From: an uncultured delta proteobacterium
Lineage (GTDB): Bacteria; Desulfobacterota; Binatia; Bin18
NCBI GenBank assembly: GCA_963733195.1
Contig: CAVTCR010000056.1
Location: 32,001-96,000 of the forward strand
DNA length: 64,000 nt
Direction: 5' to 3'
Part shown: positions 42,926 to 52,823 of the stretch, in pieces
Position numbering within the stretch: the stretch's first letter is position 1
Layout of the letters: the number at the start of each line of letters is the position of its first letter
Program-made: the position numbers and the translations under genes
The notes under the pieces: model-generated
What the model was told of the DNA's origin: nothing
Seen by the model: the letters and a program-made list of their open reading frames with translations, nothing else
The model's database searches: none

Positions 42926-45900
42926 ATGGTAGGTCGTGGATTACTAAATCAGTTACACCCCCGTCACGTCCGTTGGTGGCAGTGGCTTGCCCTCGTCCTT
43001 CTCGCAATCGTCCTTCTCGTCCGTTCGTGGCTTCCTGAATTCCTCCGTCGACAGATTGTTGCCAAGATTGCTTCCACTACACCCGCACATATCCAACTCG
43101 CTGACGCCGATATTAATCTGCTTCGTGGATATCTAGCCCTACAACAACTCACCTTCACGTTGGACGGTGACACTCAGCCTGTCCTTACGATCAACGACCT
43201 TGCGGTCAATGTCAGTCTACGCGCGTTGCTGCGCCGGAGAATCGTCATTGAAGATGTCCACGTCAATGGTGTCCACGTTCAAGTGGTGCACGAAGCAAGC
43301 GGGCAGTTCAATCTCAATCGCTTGTTTCCGTCATTGCCATCAGAACCGGAAGAGCCGCCATCGGATTTGCCAACGTTAACCGTTCAGCACATCCGTATTA
43401 CTGACAGTCAACTTACTTACCATGACCTCACTCGCACCCCTGGAGTGCGCTTCCCGTTAGCAATAGCTGAGCTTACGGCTGCCGATATTGCACTCCAAGC
43501 GAACGGATTAATTGCTCCGGTAGCTATGGAAATGAACGGTACGCTTGATAACAATCCACTGAGAGGAGAGGCGCAAGTAGCGTGGCAGCGAGCACGGGCG
43601 TCGATTGACGCAAAACTTGAAACGAAACAATTGGCACTCGCGACGATTGATCCCTACCTCCGCAACGTTCTTGCTGTACAAAAAGTGACAGGCCAGTTGG
43701 GAGTAAGCCTTCAGTATCGTTATCACAGCGGAACCCAAACTCCTCTGCACCTACTTAGCGGAATAGTGAACGTGGATCACTTGCAGATTGTCGATCCAAC
43801 CAGTAAGCAAGTAGCCCTCGAAGTTCCCAACGGTCATGTTTCAATTGACACTATCGACCTCCTTACGCATAACGTGCGCTTGCAATCAATTGAGCTAAAA
43901 AATCCGAAGCTTTTCCTCGTTCAGAGTGACGTGGGTTTTAATGTTGCCTCATGGGTGCGAACTGCCGAAGCGACAAATCCCTCTCCTTTGCATGACCACA
44001 GTTCGTCTCCGTGGAAATTCTCTCTTCCCGTTGTCAAATGGACTGGTGGGGAGTTACTCTACCGTGACAGTAGATGGCCAGAGAAAGAAACCTTAACGAT
44101 ACAGCCGGAGGAAATCATCACGAGTGACCTGAGCAGTGATATGAAGGAACTTCCTTTCCAGTTTCGTACTCGCGTTGGAGATGGCGGACTGACAGGGGAG
44201 GGACGAGTTCAGTTGTCACCATTCGGCTTACAACTCTCGCTTCAACCGAGTGAACTAGAGGTTGCAACTTTAGAGCCGTTGCTGACTCCAATCCTTGCTG
44301 CAAAGAGGGCGCGTGGCAAAGTAACCGGTACCCTGCAAACCAGCATTACTGAACAGGATGGAGTGCGGAGCATCCACACGCATGGGGTTGTGGAGACACG
44401 AGAATTCACACTTAATGACATTCCTGAACAAGGCGAGGCCGTGAGTTGGCAACAGGGCAAGATCGAGATTGGCGAAGGCAGCACCCTCTCACCATTTTCT
44501 CTTCACCTCAAACCAGACCTGACTCAAGTGATTCTCAAACGAGCAGCAAACAATGATCTTGTGGTCGAAAAGGCGACTGGCGATATACGACTTGCTCAAG
44601 CAACTGCGGTTGACGGCCAAACCCAGGTGGCGATCGCCGGCACTCTTGAGACAACGAAACTTTCTCTCAATGGTTTACCACAAGACATCAATGTACTCGC
44701 ATGGGACAGTGGGCAAATCGAGCTCCGCGAGGGAAGCACGTTTGTGCCTCTCGTCCTCAAGCTCAAGGCTCAAGTTTCGCAGCTTGCTTTACGCCAGTTG
44801 CCACAGGGAGATGTGACAATAGAAAAAGCCAACGGCGATCTTCGGCTAATACAAGAGGATGGAGAACAGCAGACGTCAGTCTTCAAAGCCCACGGCCTTG
44901 TCGAATTCACCAATTTTGCACTGACTCACAGAGAAGAGAAGCAAATCTTATTAGGTTGCTATCACGGGAAAGCTACGATCAATGAAGGTAGTCGCGTGCT
45001 TCCTCTCGACATCAAGTTGCGTGATGTCGCTTTGGAATACACCTATGCACAAGGTATACGTCTGCCCGCCGGGAAATTCCAGCTTTTTATTCCGCCGGTC
45101 AAAACACAGAGTGTGAACAACCCACCATTGACGCCTGCACAGCCGGAGACCGGCGCAGTGCCTGACTCCCTCAGTGTCGCTACGACTTCCCCATCAACTG
45201 TGCCTCTAGCTTCGCCGCCAGCGCATGAGATACCTGCAACAAACGTGTCAATTCAGATCGATCGTGCCACGATCATCGGCGGACAATTATATTTTGAAGA
45301 TCACACAGTGACACCACCCCAAACGGTGTACTGGCAAGATGTACGTGTCAACCTCAGTCGTGCTGGATATCCTACGCTGCTGCCCGCAACATTCGCCGGG
45401 TCTGCTTACAATGAAGACGGTGCGCCAGTCGAGTTCAAAGGGACCACCGAGCGAAAGGGCGAACAGTCAATTATCCGCGTCCAGGGTAAAGTCGAGAAGA
45501 TGTCACTGCCACGTTTCAATTCTTATTTGGAGCCTGGTCTGGGTTATCGAGTAAAGAAAGGGGCGGTGTCAGCGACATGGGACCTTGTCCTGCCAGGCGA
45601 TCGGGTGCAAGCGAACATGACAGTCACCCTGCACGACATCAACCTTGGTGGCAAACAGCAGGTGTCGGAGTTGGAACAGCAGGTGGGGTTGCCCCTCGTG
45701 CTAGTGATCGCTCTACTCAAGGACCTAAACGGTGACATCAACTTGCAGTTGCCGGTGAATGGCCGAGTCAATGAGCCAGGATTTCAATGGCGTGGAACTA
45801 TCATTCGCGCAGTGCGCGACGTGATTATAGGCGCTGTGGCTTCACCTCTTAAACTCCTGGGAGCTTTGTTTAAAGGAAAAGATAAGTTGGAAGGCTTCAC

Positions 45901-46439
45901 CCTTGAGCCGATTAGATTCACACCGGGAACTATACAGATAGCGGAAACCAGTAAAGGGCAACTCTCGCAGACTGGCGTTTTTTTTGACACAACGTCCGAA
46001 ACTCGATCTCCGTTTCAGTGGCATAACCGGCCCGGACGATCTCGAACTCTTGCGCGACCAGATGATTCTCAATCAAGTTCCGACGAAACCCCCACCAAGC
46101 GGAAATGAAAGCGAAGCGGCACTACAAGTGAGCCCACAGGATGAAGTGCGTCAGTTTCTGGCAAAGAAATTAACACCTTCAGAAAGCGGGACAGTCCCAC
46201 CGTTATCTGCCCAGGCAACCAACTTGCTGACGCAGCTACGCAAAAACGCTACAGTGCCTGCGGATGAAACTGCGCGGTTAGCCAGCGACCGCGTACAGGT
46301 GGTGATCGCCGAACTTACCACTCACCATGCGATTGCTGCTGAGCGGCTTCACATCAGCCCTGAGAAGCAACGTGGTGCAGGAAGTGCTGAGGTGCGGTAT
46401 ACGCTTCAGACGCGGGAGGAGAAAGAAAGTAGTCAGTAG
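42926..46439 (+). CDS. DUF748-domain envelope protein (frameshift near 45970)
   Basis: N-terminal TM, beta-rich repeats, LLKDLNGDINLQLPVNG, ASPLKLLGAL. Confidence 0.85.
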
Positions 46440-46530
46440 CCAGTAGAAAAAGGCTAGAGGCTATAGGCTGTAGGGGTAAGGAAAAGCGGCAGTAGCGTGC
46501 GAAATGCGCACGAATCAATTCGGAGGATCT

Positions 46531-46992
46531 ATGATCCATCTATCAGCTCATACTTGGGACACTCTGTGTCAACACGCGCAGGAGATCTTTCCTGACGAAT
46601 GTTGTGGCGCGATTCTCGTGGAAAATGATCGGGAGGAAGTACGGCGCATTCCCAACATCCAGAACGCCATGCATGCGAAAGATCCGCAACAGTTTCCACG
46701 TGATGCGACGATTGCCTACTTCATGGACCCGAAAGAGTTACTAGTAGTGAACAAAGAAGTCGATAGTGGAAAAGTGACACTCAAAGCCCTCTATCACTCC
46801 CATCCTAATCATGACGCGTACTTTTCTGCTGAAGACAAACATCAAGCACTGTTCGGTGACGAGCCGTCGTATCCTGATACGGCCTACTTAGTAATTTCAG
46901 TCTACAACCGCCAGGTGCGAAATATTAAAGCGTATCGGTGGGATGAGACAACAAAAGATTTTGTTGAGACTGAGTTGAGGACCAATGTGTAG
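46531..46992 (+). CDS. JAB/MPN (Mov34, M67) metallopeptidase
   Basis: PDECCG, YHSHPNHDAYFSAED JAMM motif. Confidence 0.92.
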   Translation: MIHLSAHTWDTLCQHAQEIFPDECCGAILVENDREEVRRIPNIQNAMHAKDPQQFPRDATIAYFMDPKELLVVNKEVDSGKVTLKALYHSHPNHDAYFSAEDKHQALFGDEPSYPDTAYLVISVYNRQVRNIKAYRWDETTKDFVETELRTNV

Positions 46993-47283
46993 CGAGCCAC
47001 GCTTCGGGAACAGGTTCTTTCGGAGCGCGCGATAAAATGTCACTGTTCAGCCGTGTTATTTTGCCAGACCTGCAAAATAATGTTGAGCGGGGAATTCGAG
47101 GAAAAAAGAATTAACCCTTGCAAATCGTAGAGGAATCGCGCGGGATCGCGGCAATATCAGCGGTATGTTATTTTGCAGGAGTGGCAAGGATTGCCAACTT
47201 TCTTTGGGCCAACGAACATGCGTTAGCCATCCGACAAGGGCCAGCACCACCCGTGAGCGGGAAAGAGTGAGAGGACAGACGAA

Positions 47284-48309
47284 ATGAGCAGTAATGAGAG
47301 AAGCCTGATCCGTAAAGCTGATTATGTTGATCGTCTGCTAGACGAGGGGCTAGGGCTAGATGAAACTGGCGACTCCGAGATGACGACCTGGGAGGAACTG
47401 CTGAGGCGGAATGAAATCGAGCCCCCGAAGTCGCGTTTGGGGTTAGCGACTCTCGATAAAGTCGTCTACTGTGCCACTGGAATCGCGGGGGGAGTACTCA
47501 ACCTGACGCAGTCGTACTCGAAGGTGATGACGAATGAAGGGCTGCACCAGAAGTTCAATAAGCTCTCGAATGACTACATCGAGAAGGTAACGGGCCAGAA
47601 GGGGATTACCTCCATTGACAACTACAAAGGCGGTGGTGTCTCCCATCGTCTCGTTGGCCCAGGCCATGACCTTACGCGCTTTTTCGAAACCATTGCTCAG
47701 ATGATGTGCGGCGAATTCCTATCCAACGTACACGGGGTGGAGCACATTGCAAGCAGGTACCGCACCGGCAGTGCAGAGTACCTGCCGATTGAAGACCCTG
47801 TGGATGCAGCCATCATCCTGATCCTTCACCTCATCGGGGATTTCTTCTCGAAGCAGAGTCTGCCAATCCCAGGCAGGACAAGGCTGGCCGAGTCAGAATG
47901 TGTTGAGGTGGTCCGTGAGGTCTTCAAAGAATTCAGGAACGGCGACAACCTTAGGAAACAGGTTGCAACCTTCCTAAGCAACTTATCCAGTGCGATATTC
48001 ATCTCGCTCGTGCTGCGCCTTTACCGTTACATGGACCTTTTCATTGTTGAAAGCCAGAAGCCAGGGTTGAAGCAGTTGCAGCTTGGAGAGGACTTCAAAT
48101 ACCATCTCCTGAATCGCAACGCGCAAACCATAGCCTTCGTTATCTCCACAGGCAGGGCTGTTTTCAGCGGCAACCCTGCCGACGTAAATTACCTGAGCTT
48201 CATCCAGGTCGTTCGTAGCGGTGCGTCAATAAACCGGCTTTCGCTCCAAGAGCAGGATAATCTGCTTGCCGAGTTCTCCATCATCAGGAATCAAGTAGCG
48301 GCGTTGTAA
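47284..48309 (+). CDS. hypothetical protein (341 aa) with HRxxxxGHD motif
   Basis: Intact ORF with GAGG RBS; SHRLVGPGHDL, HLIGD motifs; hydrophobic helices. Confidence 0.85.
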   Translation: MSSNERSLIRKADYVDRLLDEGLGLDETGDSEMTTWEELLRRNEIEPPKSRLGLATLDKVVYCATGIAGGVLNLTQSYSKVMTNEGLHQKFNKLSNDYIEKVTGQKGITSIDNYKGGGVSHRLVGPGHDLTRFFETIAQMMCGEFLSNVHGVEHIASRYRTGSAEYLPIEDPVDAAIILILHLIGDFFSKQSLPIPGRTRLAESECVEVVREVFKEFRNGDNLRKQVATFLSNLSSAIFISLVLRLYRYMDLFIVESQKPGLKQLQLGEDFKYHLLNRNAQTIAFVISTGRAVFSGNPADVNYLSFIQVVRSGASINRLSLQEQDNLLAEFSIIRNQVAAL

Positions 48310-48310
48310 A

Positions 48311-48757
48311 ATGCCTGGACCTGCTCCCGTAATCGTCGCTATAGTTATTAGTGCTGCCGTTGGTGGTGCAGTGATCTACTTTTTCGTGTCGAACAAGGCG
48401 GGTGCGCGACGCGAGGAGTACATGCATGAGGTGAATGCAGTGCTCGACTTGCTCAGGCAGAAGGCCGAAAAGTTAGTCGAACGGATTCGGAAGCTTGAGA
48501 AAGAGACAACAGAAGCCAGACGGGAGAAGGAGAGGCTAGAAACCGAGCTCTCCGCTACCAAGCGCGAGTTAGAGAAGCTGAAGGCAGAAGCTGCAAATTG
48601 GCAACAGGCTGAGTCGGCGCATGGCCTCACGACGAGGGTTGCCCTTGTCCGTAGTTCAGCCGTCCTGAGTGCTGTACGATACAGACCGAAGAAGGCGTTG
48701 CAACACCTTAAGGAGAGAGAGCGAGAACTGAAGCAGGAGTTAACCGAACTGGATTGA
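48311..48757 (+). CDS. N-terminal TM + coiled-coil protein
   Basis: VIVAIVISAAVGGAVIYFFV followed by an E/K/R-rich heptad pattern; starts 1 nt after the upstream stop. Confidence 0.82.
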   Translation: MPGPAPVIVAIVISAAVGGAVIYFFVSNKAGARREEYMHEVNAVLDLLRQKAEKLVERIRKLEKETTEARREKERLETELSATKRELEKLKAEAANWQQAESAHGLTTRVALVRSSAVLSAVRYRPKKALQHLKERERELKQELTELD

Positions 48758-48775
48758 GGGGTAACGGCTAGGGAT

Positions 48776-48898
48776 GTCTAACCCGCTGCTGTATGCCCAC
48801 GCAGGGCTCGACGAGCTGGCTTCGTTCGAGCGCAGGAGTCTCCTTGCTTCGTGTGAACGCTGTGCTGCCCTGCGCGGGTGAGTAGCAAATCGTTAGCC
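48776..48898 (+). other. attC site
   Basis: GTCTAAC...CCCACGCAGGGC/GCCCTGCGCGGG stem...GTTAGCC. Confidence 0.82.
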
Positions 48899-48951
48899 GT
48901 CAACAGAGTGTCAAGTAATAAAAATCCAACCTTTCACAGGAGGAAGCATCA

Positions 48952-49754
48952 ATGGCTGAACTTCCGCTGATTGATCCTGATGACGAGCTTCTGCCTCTCC
49001 TTCGGTCCGCGCCTAATACTTTTCTCGATCCGCTTGTTGCCTATATCACAAACAACAGCGAAGGACGCCTTACCTCTCAACTTGACGACACTGCAGTTTA
49101 CGCTGCCCACTACCCAAATCACTCAGTCTATGTTGATGAGATTGCCGCTGAAATCCAGAAATTTGGCGGGAATACCATTATGAACTTCTTCCGTGGAGGG
49201 AAAGGGTTCCATACATTGAGGTGGTTCGTGATGTGGCTCGCCAATTAAAAGTCAACTTCAACGATTCTATGGACGCTGGAAGTATCGAGTTGCAAATTCT
49301 TCTTCGCATCCTCGAAAAAGCCTATCAGAAGATGACAGAAGAGGAACGCCAGGAGTTTCTTTTGAGCATTGGTCTGGAGTATGGAAAAGTGCCCGATTCC
49401 TTACCTATCATTGCGATCCAGGCAGCTCTTGGCGCGGCAGGATTTTTGGCTTATCAACTCGCCGTTATTGTAGCTAATGCTGTGGCACGCCAGATTCTCG
49501 GGCGTGGATTATCTCTGACTCTGAATCGGACATTAGCGAAGTCACTGAACGTTTTGGTTGGACCAATCGGGTGGGCCGTTACCGCCTTGTGGACCTTGGT
49601 AGATATCGCTGGTCCAGCCTATCGGGTAATTATCCCGTGTGTTGTTCAAATTGCGGCGATTCGCCAGCAAAGTCTGAGACAGATGTGTCCTGAAGGGCAC
49701 CTGAACTCAGCCCGAGCGAAATTCTGTGCTGAATGTGGTGCTTCCTTAGGGTAG
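48952..49754 (+). CDS. YaaW/UPF0174-like protein with C-terminal zinc ribbon (frameshift near 49205)
   Basis: EIQKFGGNTIMNFFRGG, GPIGWAVTALWT..DIAGPAYRVIIPCV, CPEGH..FCAECG. Confidence 0.82.
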
Positions 49755-49781
49755 AAGAAGGAAAAATGCTTCCAGGCTGCC

Positions 49782-49885
49782 GCCTAACGAACCTACGATA
49801 GGGGAACGCGGCTCTTCTGGCGGTTTGGGATGAGCGTGACATGAAAAAATTCGTTTCAGAGCCGTGCCCTTGATCGGACGTGCGA
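49782..49885 (+). other. degenerate internal attC-like hairpin (no intact GTT core)
   Basis: GCCTAAC followed by an AGGGGAACGCGGCTCT/AGAGCCGTGCCCTT stem. Confidence 0.5.
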
Positions 49886-50499
49886 TGACACGCAGACCAC
49901 TTAGTAAACAGATGCGCGTCCAGATTCTTGCACGCGATGAGTACCGTTGCTTGATGTGTGGTCGCGAGAAAGACGAGGTAGCCCTCGAAGTTGATCACGT
50001 AATTCCTGTAGCTACAGGTGGCACGGATGAACTTGAGAACTTGGCTACTCTTTGCCGAGACTGCAATAGGGGGAAGTCAGCCTATCGATTTTCGGATTAT
50101 CGAAACATGAATGTCATTCCGGAGGAGCTTCAGCAGAATTTTAAGTTTTTTCATGATGCACGTTCCGGTGATTTTGAGCAGTTCCATCTCTTTCTTTACT
50201 ACAAGAACGGAATTCATCCTGGCACCACAGATGACAAGTTCCACCACCCCTGGAAGATCTCTGGTACATCGTATGACACATCGTCAGATCAGGCTGCACT
50301 CATTAAGCGGCGTCGCGAGGAGGAAGAAACGAAGTTTCTCGCCGAAATCAAGAGACAACTCATTCTTGAAGGGAAGCGGTTGGTCATTAATGAAGAGGGT
50401 ATTTGCAAAGTCGACGGCTTACAAACCGTTCCACCGAATTGCCGCCCGCTTGCGGTTCTGAATGAACGTGAGAGGATACGGTTGGGCGACAAACGGTGA
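49885..50499 (+). CDS. HNH endonuclease with uncharacterised C-terminal domain
   Basis: RDEYRCLMCG, LEVDHVIPVATGG, NLATLCRDCNRGK. Confidence 0.9.
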   Translation: MTRRPLSKQMRVQILARDEYRCLMCGREKDEVALEVDHVIPVATGGTDELENLATLCRDCNRGKSAYRFSDYRNMNVIPEELQQNFKFFHDARSGDFEQFHLFLYYKNGIHPGTTDDKFHHPWKISGTSYDTSSDQAALIKRRREEEETKFLAEIKRQLILEGKRLVINEEGICKVDGLQTVPPNCRPLAVLNERERIRLGDKR

Positions 50500-50514
50500 C
50501 CGGGACCGTTAGCC
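50416..50514 (+). other. attC site (R'' reads GGCTTAC)
   Basis: CCGTTCCACCG..GCCGCCC/GGGCGAC..CGGTGACCGG..GTTAGCC. Confidence 0.82.
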
Positions 50515-50566
50515 AGCAACAAGAGAAGTCATAGAAAAGCACAGGAAGGCAATTTATAAGGCGGGC

Positions 50567-51024
50567 ATGGATCGTCAAAATCCGAAAAGACTTTACCTTG
50601 ACATTTGTACCCTTTGCCGTCCTTTCGATGACCAAAGCCAGATGCGTATCCGCCTTGAGACCAATGCTTACTACTTGATCCTCCAAGCCCTTCAGGATGC
50701 ACACTATACAATGGTTGTCTCTCCCGTGCATTTTGCAGAAGCCAATGCGATCAGCGACGTAGAAGAAAGACGAGAAATCATAACGATGCTGGAGAGACTT
50801 GGGACAGCGGCTGAATGCGACGTAGCAACAGCAAGGGCAAGAGCAGAAGATCTCCACGCCAAAAAATTTGGCCTTGCCGATGCTGCGCACGTGGCGTTTG
50901 CTGAGGCCACGGCGGACGTTTTCTCTCGTGCGATGATCGCTTGGTAAAGAAGTGCCGAAGGGAAAAGGTCGCGGTGACAACCATGAACCCGGTCGAATTT
51001 ACTATCGCGGAGGACCTAAAGTGA
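50567..51024 (+). CDS. PIN-domain toxin (frameshift near 50920)
   Basis: YLDICTLCRPFDDQSQMRIRLE, DAAHVAFA, DDRL. Confidence 0.85.
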
Positions 51025-51245
51025 AAGCCAGTGTATTTACGGACGAGGAACAACTGATTACGAAAGCGATAGCTATCTTGGTTAAGGAACTCGGACCGGT
51101 TGAAGCGAGCCGGTTCTTAGCCTTACCGAGAAAGAAGCGCGTGGAATCGGTGAAACGCCATCGACAATGGCAAGCGCAGTTACAGCAAGAAGAGTTCTTT
51201 GCCCACGTATTCGGCGCACGGTCGAAAGGACCTGAGAGGAGGTAA
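51021..51245 (+). CDS. putative antitoxin partner of the PIN toxin
   Basis: KAIAILVKELGPVEASRFL; overlaps the toxin stop (GTGA). Confidence 0.72.
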   Translation: MKASVFTDEEQLITKAIAILVKELGPVEASRFLALPRKKRVESVKRHRQWQAQLQQEEFFAHVFGARSKGPERR

Positions 51246-51266
51246 GAGTCCTCCCAGTGAGACGTT

Positions 51267-51295
51267 GGCTAACCAACGCGTTGCACTGAAGCCAG
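51267..51295 (+). other. left half of an attC, truncated
   Basis: TTGGCTAACCAACGCGTTGCAC; complementary to the cassette start GTTAGCCA at 50508. Confidence 0.65.
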
Positions 51296-51297
51296 GC

Positions 51298-51460
51298 CTT
51301 TGGCAAGAATCCCGTTTATTATGTTCTTGGACAAACCACGTCTGGTCGGTATCTCTTTTGTGTCGTGATACAATTTCCCGATGGTAAGGGGTTTCCGGTG
51401 ACCGCACGCTCGATGACGCTTAAAGAGAAGCGACGCTTCAATCAATGGAGAAAACGATGA
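51298..51460 (+). pseudogene. 5'-truncated BrnT-like toxin
   Basis: VYYVLGQTTSGRYLFCVVIQFPDGKGFPVTARSMTLKEKRRF. Confidence 0.72.
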
Positions 51461-51717
51461 AGACCTCAAAGATGCCCCGAATTGACTCAATCGAAGAACT
51501 CGCGCGATTTTGGGACACCCATGACCTTACAGAGTTCAAGGGCGAATTGGAGGAGGTTAGCGATCCTGTCTTTGAACGAAGACCAGGGACAGTCGTCTCG
51601 CTGCATCTACGACCCCAAGAGGCTGCGGCAGTAAAACGGGTGGCCAAAGCCAGAGGGATAGAAGAGGCTACCCTGCTGCGAGAATGGGTGTTGGAAAAGC
51701 TACAAGCCAGCGCATAG
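51457..51717 (+). CDS. BrnA/CopG-like antitoxin
   Basis: SIEELARFWDTHDLT...VKRVAKARGI...LLREWV. Confidence 0.8.
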   Translation: MKTSKMPRIDSIEELARFWDTHDLTEFKGELEEVSDPVFERRPGTVVSLHLRPQEAAAVKRVAKARGIEEATLLREWVLEKLQASA

Positions 51718-51721
51718 CAAC

Positions 51722-51823
51722 CCCTAATGAAACCACTGCGTCTGCCCTCGCCTCCACGTTGCGGATCTAAATGACTCCGGACGGCAGCGGTTTAGCGGCG
51801 GCAGGTGACTGGCAACGCTGCAT
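51722..51823 (+). other. degenerate terminal attC
   Basis: CCCTAAT...GGCGGCAGGTGACTGGCAACG, similar to the right arms of the other attC sites; both cores mutated. Confidence 0.45.
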
Positions 51824-51864
51824 ACCACGCAATCCGAACCGATGTCACAGAGAATTTCTTCTTT

Positions 51865-52734
51865 TTACAATCCCGCCTGTTTGAAGGTATCGCAAGTGTT
51901 AATATCGCCACTCTGCATTCCTATCCGGAACCACTGGACGCGTTGCTGAGAAGAACCATGCGTGAAACCGTCAGGATTCACCCGACGACCAGCCATCTTT
52001 TGCATGCGATCATCTCCGATCGCAGCAGCGGCATTCAATCCTTCTTCAACGTCACCCTGCTCAAGAATCTGCCGTTGGCTATGCGCGTGATTAGCCCAGA
52101 CACCAGCGTAACAATCTGCCTGTAACTCCATCAGCACAGATAACGCATTGGCCTGTTCTTGACTGCTAGCCTGACTCTGGTATTGCCGAAACTTGCGTTC
52201 GGTGCCGATCACATTCTGTATATGGTGGCCGACTTCGTGGGAAATGACGTACGCAACTGCAAAATCCCCCGAGGCCCCTATCCGACGGAGTTCGTTGAGA
52301 AAGCTGAGATCGAGATAGACTTTCTGATCTCTTGGACAATAAAAGGGGCCTGTGGCTGAGGAGTTCAGCCCACAGGCAGATTCAATCCCGTCAGAAAATA
52401 ATACTAACTTTGGTGCTGGGTACCGCTGTCCGGATCCCGAGAACATTTTTCCCCATACATCCTCAGTACTCGCCAAGATAACTGAGACGAACTGCGCGGC
52501 TTCATCGTTTCCGGCCGGTCGCGGTTGCGGTTGCGAATCGGTGGAAACCCCAATGTTCGACTGCGAGAATATTTGTAAAAGCTCCAAGGGATTTTGTCCG
52601 AGGAGGAGTCCGATGACAAGGAGTAGTAAGGTCATACCCCCGCCAAGCTTCATACCCCTCGGTATCCTACGAGAGGAGCCTTCGTAGCGAACATCCTCAA
52701 CGTTTTCACTTTGTCGTTCGCCTCTCCAGCGCAT
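51865..52734 (-). CDS. neutral zinc metallopeptidase (YpfJ family)
   Basis: MRWRGERQSENVED, GPFYCP, HEVGHH, ELQADC, FTHGSS. Confidence 0.93.
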   Translation of the reverse strand: MRWRGERQSENVEDVRYEGSSRRIPRGMKLGGGMTLLLLVIGLLLGQNPLELLQIFSQSNIGVSTDSQPQPRPAGNDEAAQFVSVILASTEDVWGKMFSGSGQRYPAPKLVLFSDGIESACGLNSSATGPFYCPRDQKVYLDLSFLNELRRIGASGDFAVAYVISHEVGHHIQNVIGTERKFRQYQSQASSQEQANALSVLMELQADCYAGVWANHAHSQRQILEQGDVEEGLNAAAAIGDDRMQKMAGRRVNPDGFTHGSSQQRVQWFRIGMQSGDINTCDTFKQAGL

Positions 52735-52823
52735 AGTATTCCTTTCTTGTATTGTTGTATTGGCTGTCTATTCTCATACCTGCAAGAAGCTGGCAAGATG
52801 CAGGGCCGAGAAAGGAGACACAG

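Larger units (their letters stand above)
47222..51823 (+). mobile_element. integron gene cassette array with no integrase in the window (CALIN)
   Basis: GTTAGCC cores at 47222, 48892, 50508; inverse cores at 48776, 49782, 50416, 51267, 51722; co-oriented ORFs. Confidence 0.82.

Noticed and set aside
46531-46992. JAB peptidase as part of a CBASS or ubiquitin-like defence system
   Set aside because: No CD-NTase, E1 or E2 genes are adjacent; it resembles the stand-alone sulfur-carrier (Mec-type) peptidase and lies outside the cassette boundaries.
37800-51850. Integron integrase (intI)
   Set aside because: No ORF with tyrosine recombinase R-HxxR-Y motifs was seen near either cassette cluster.
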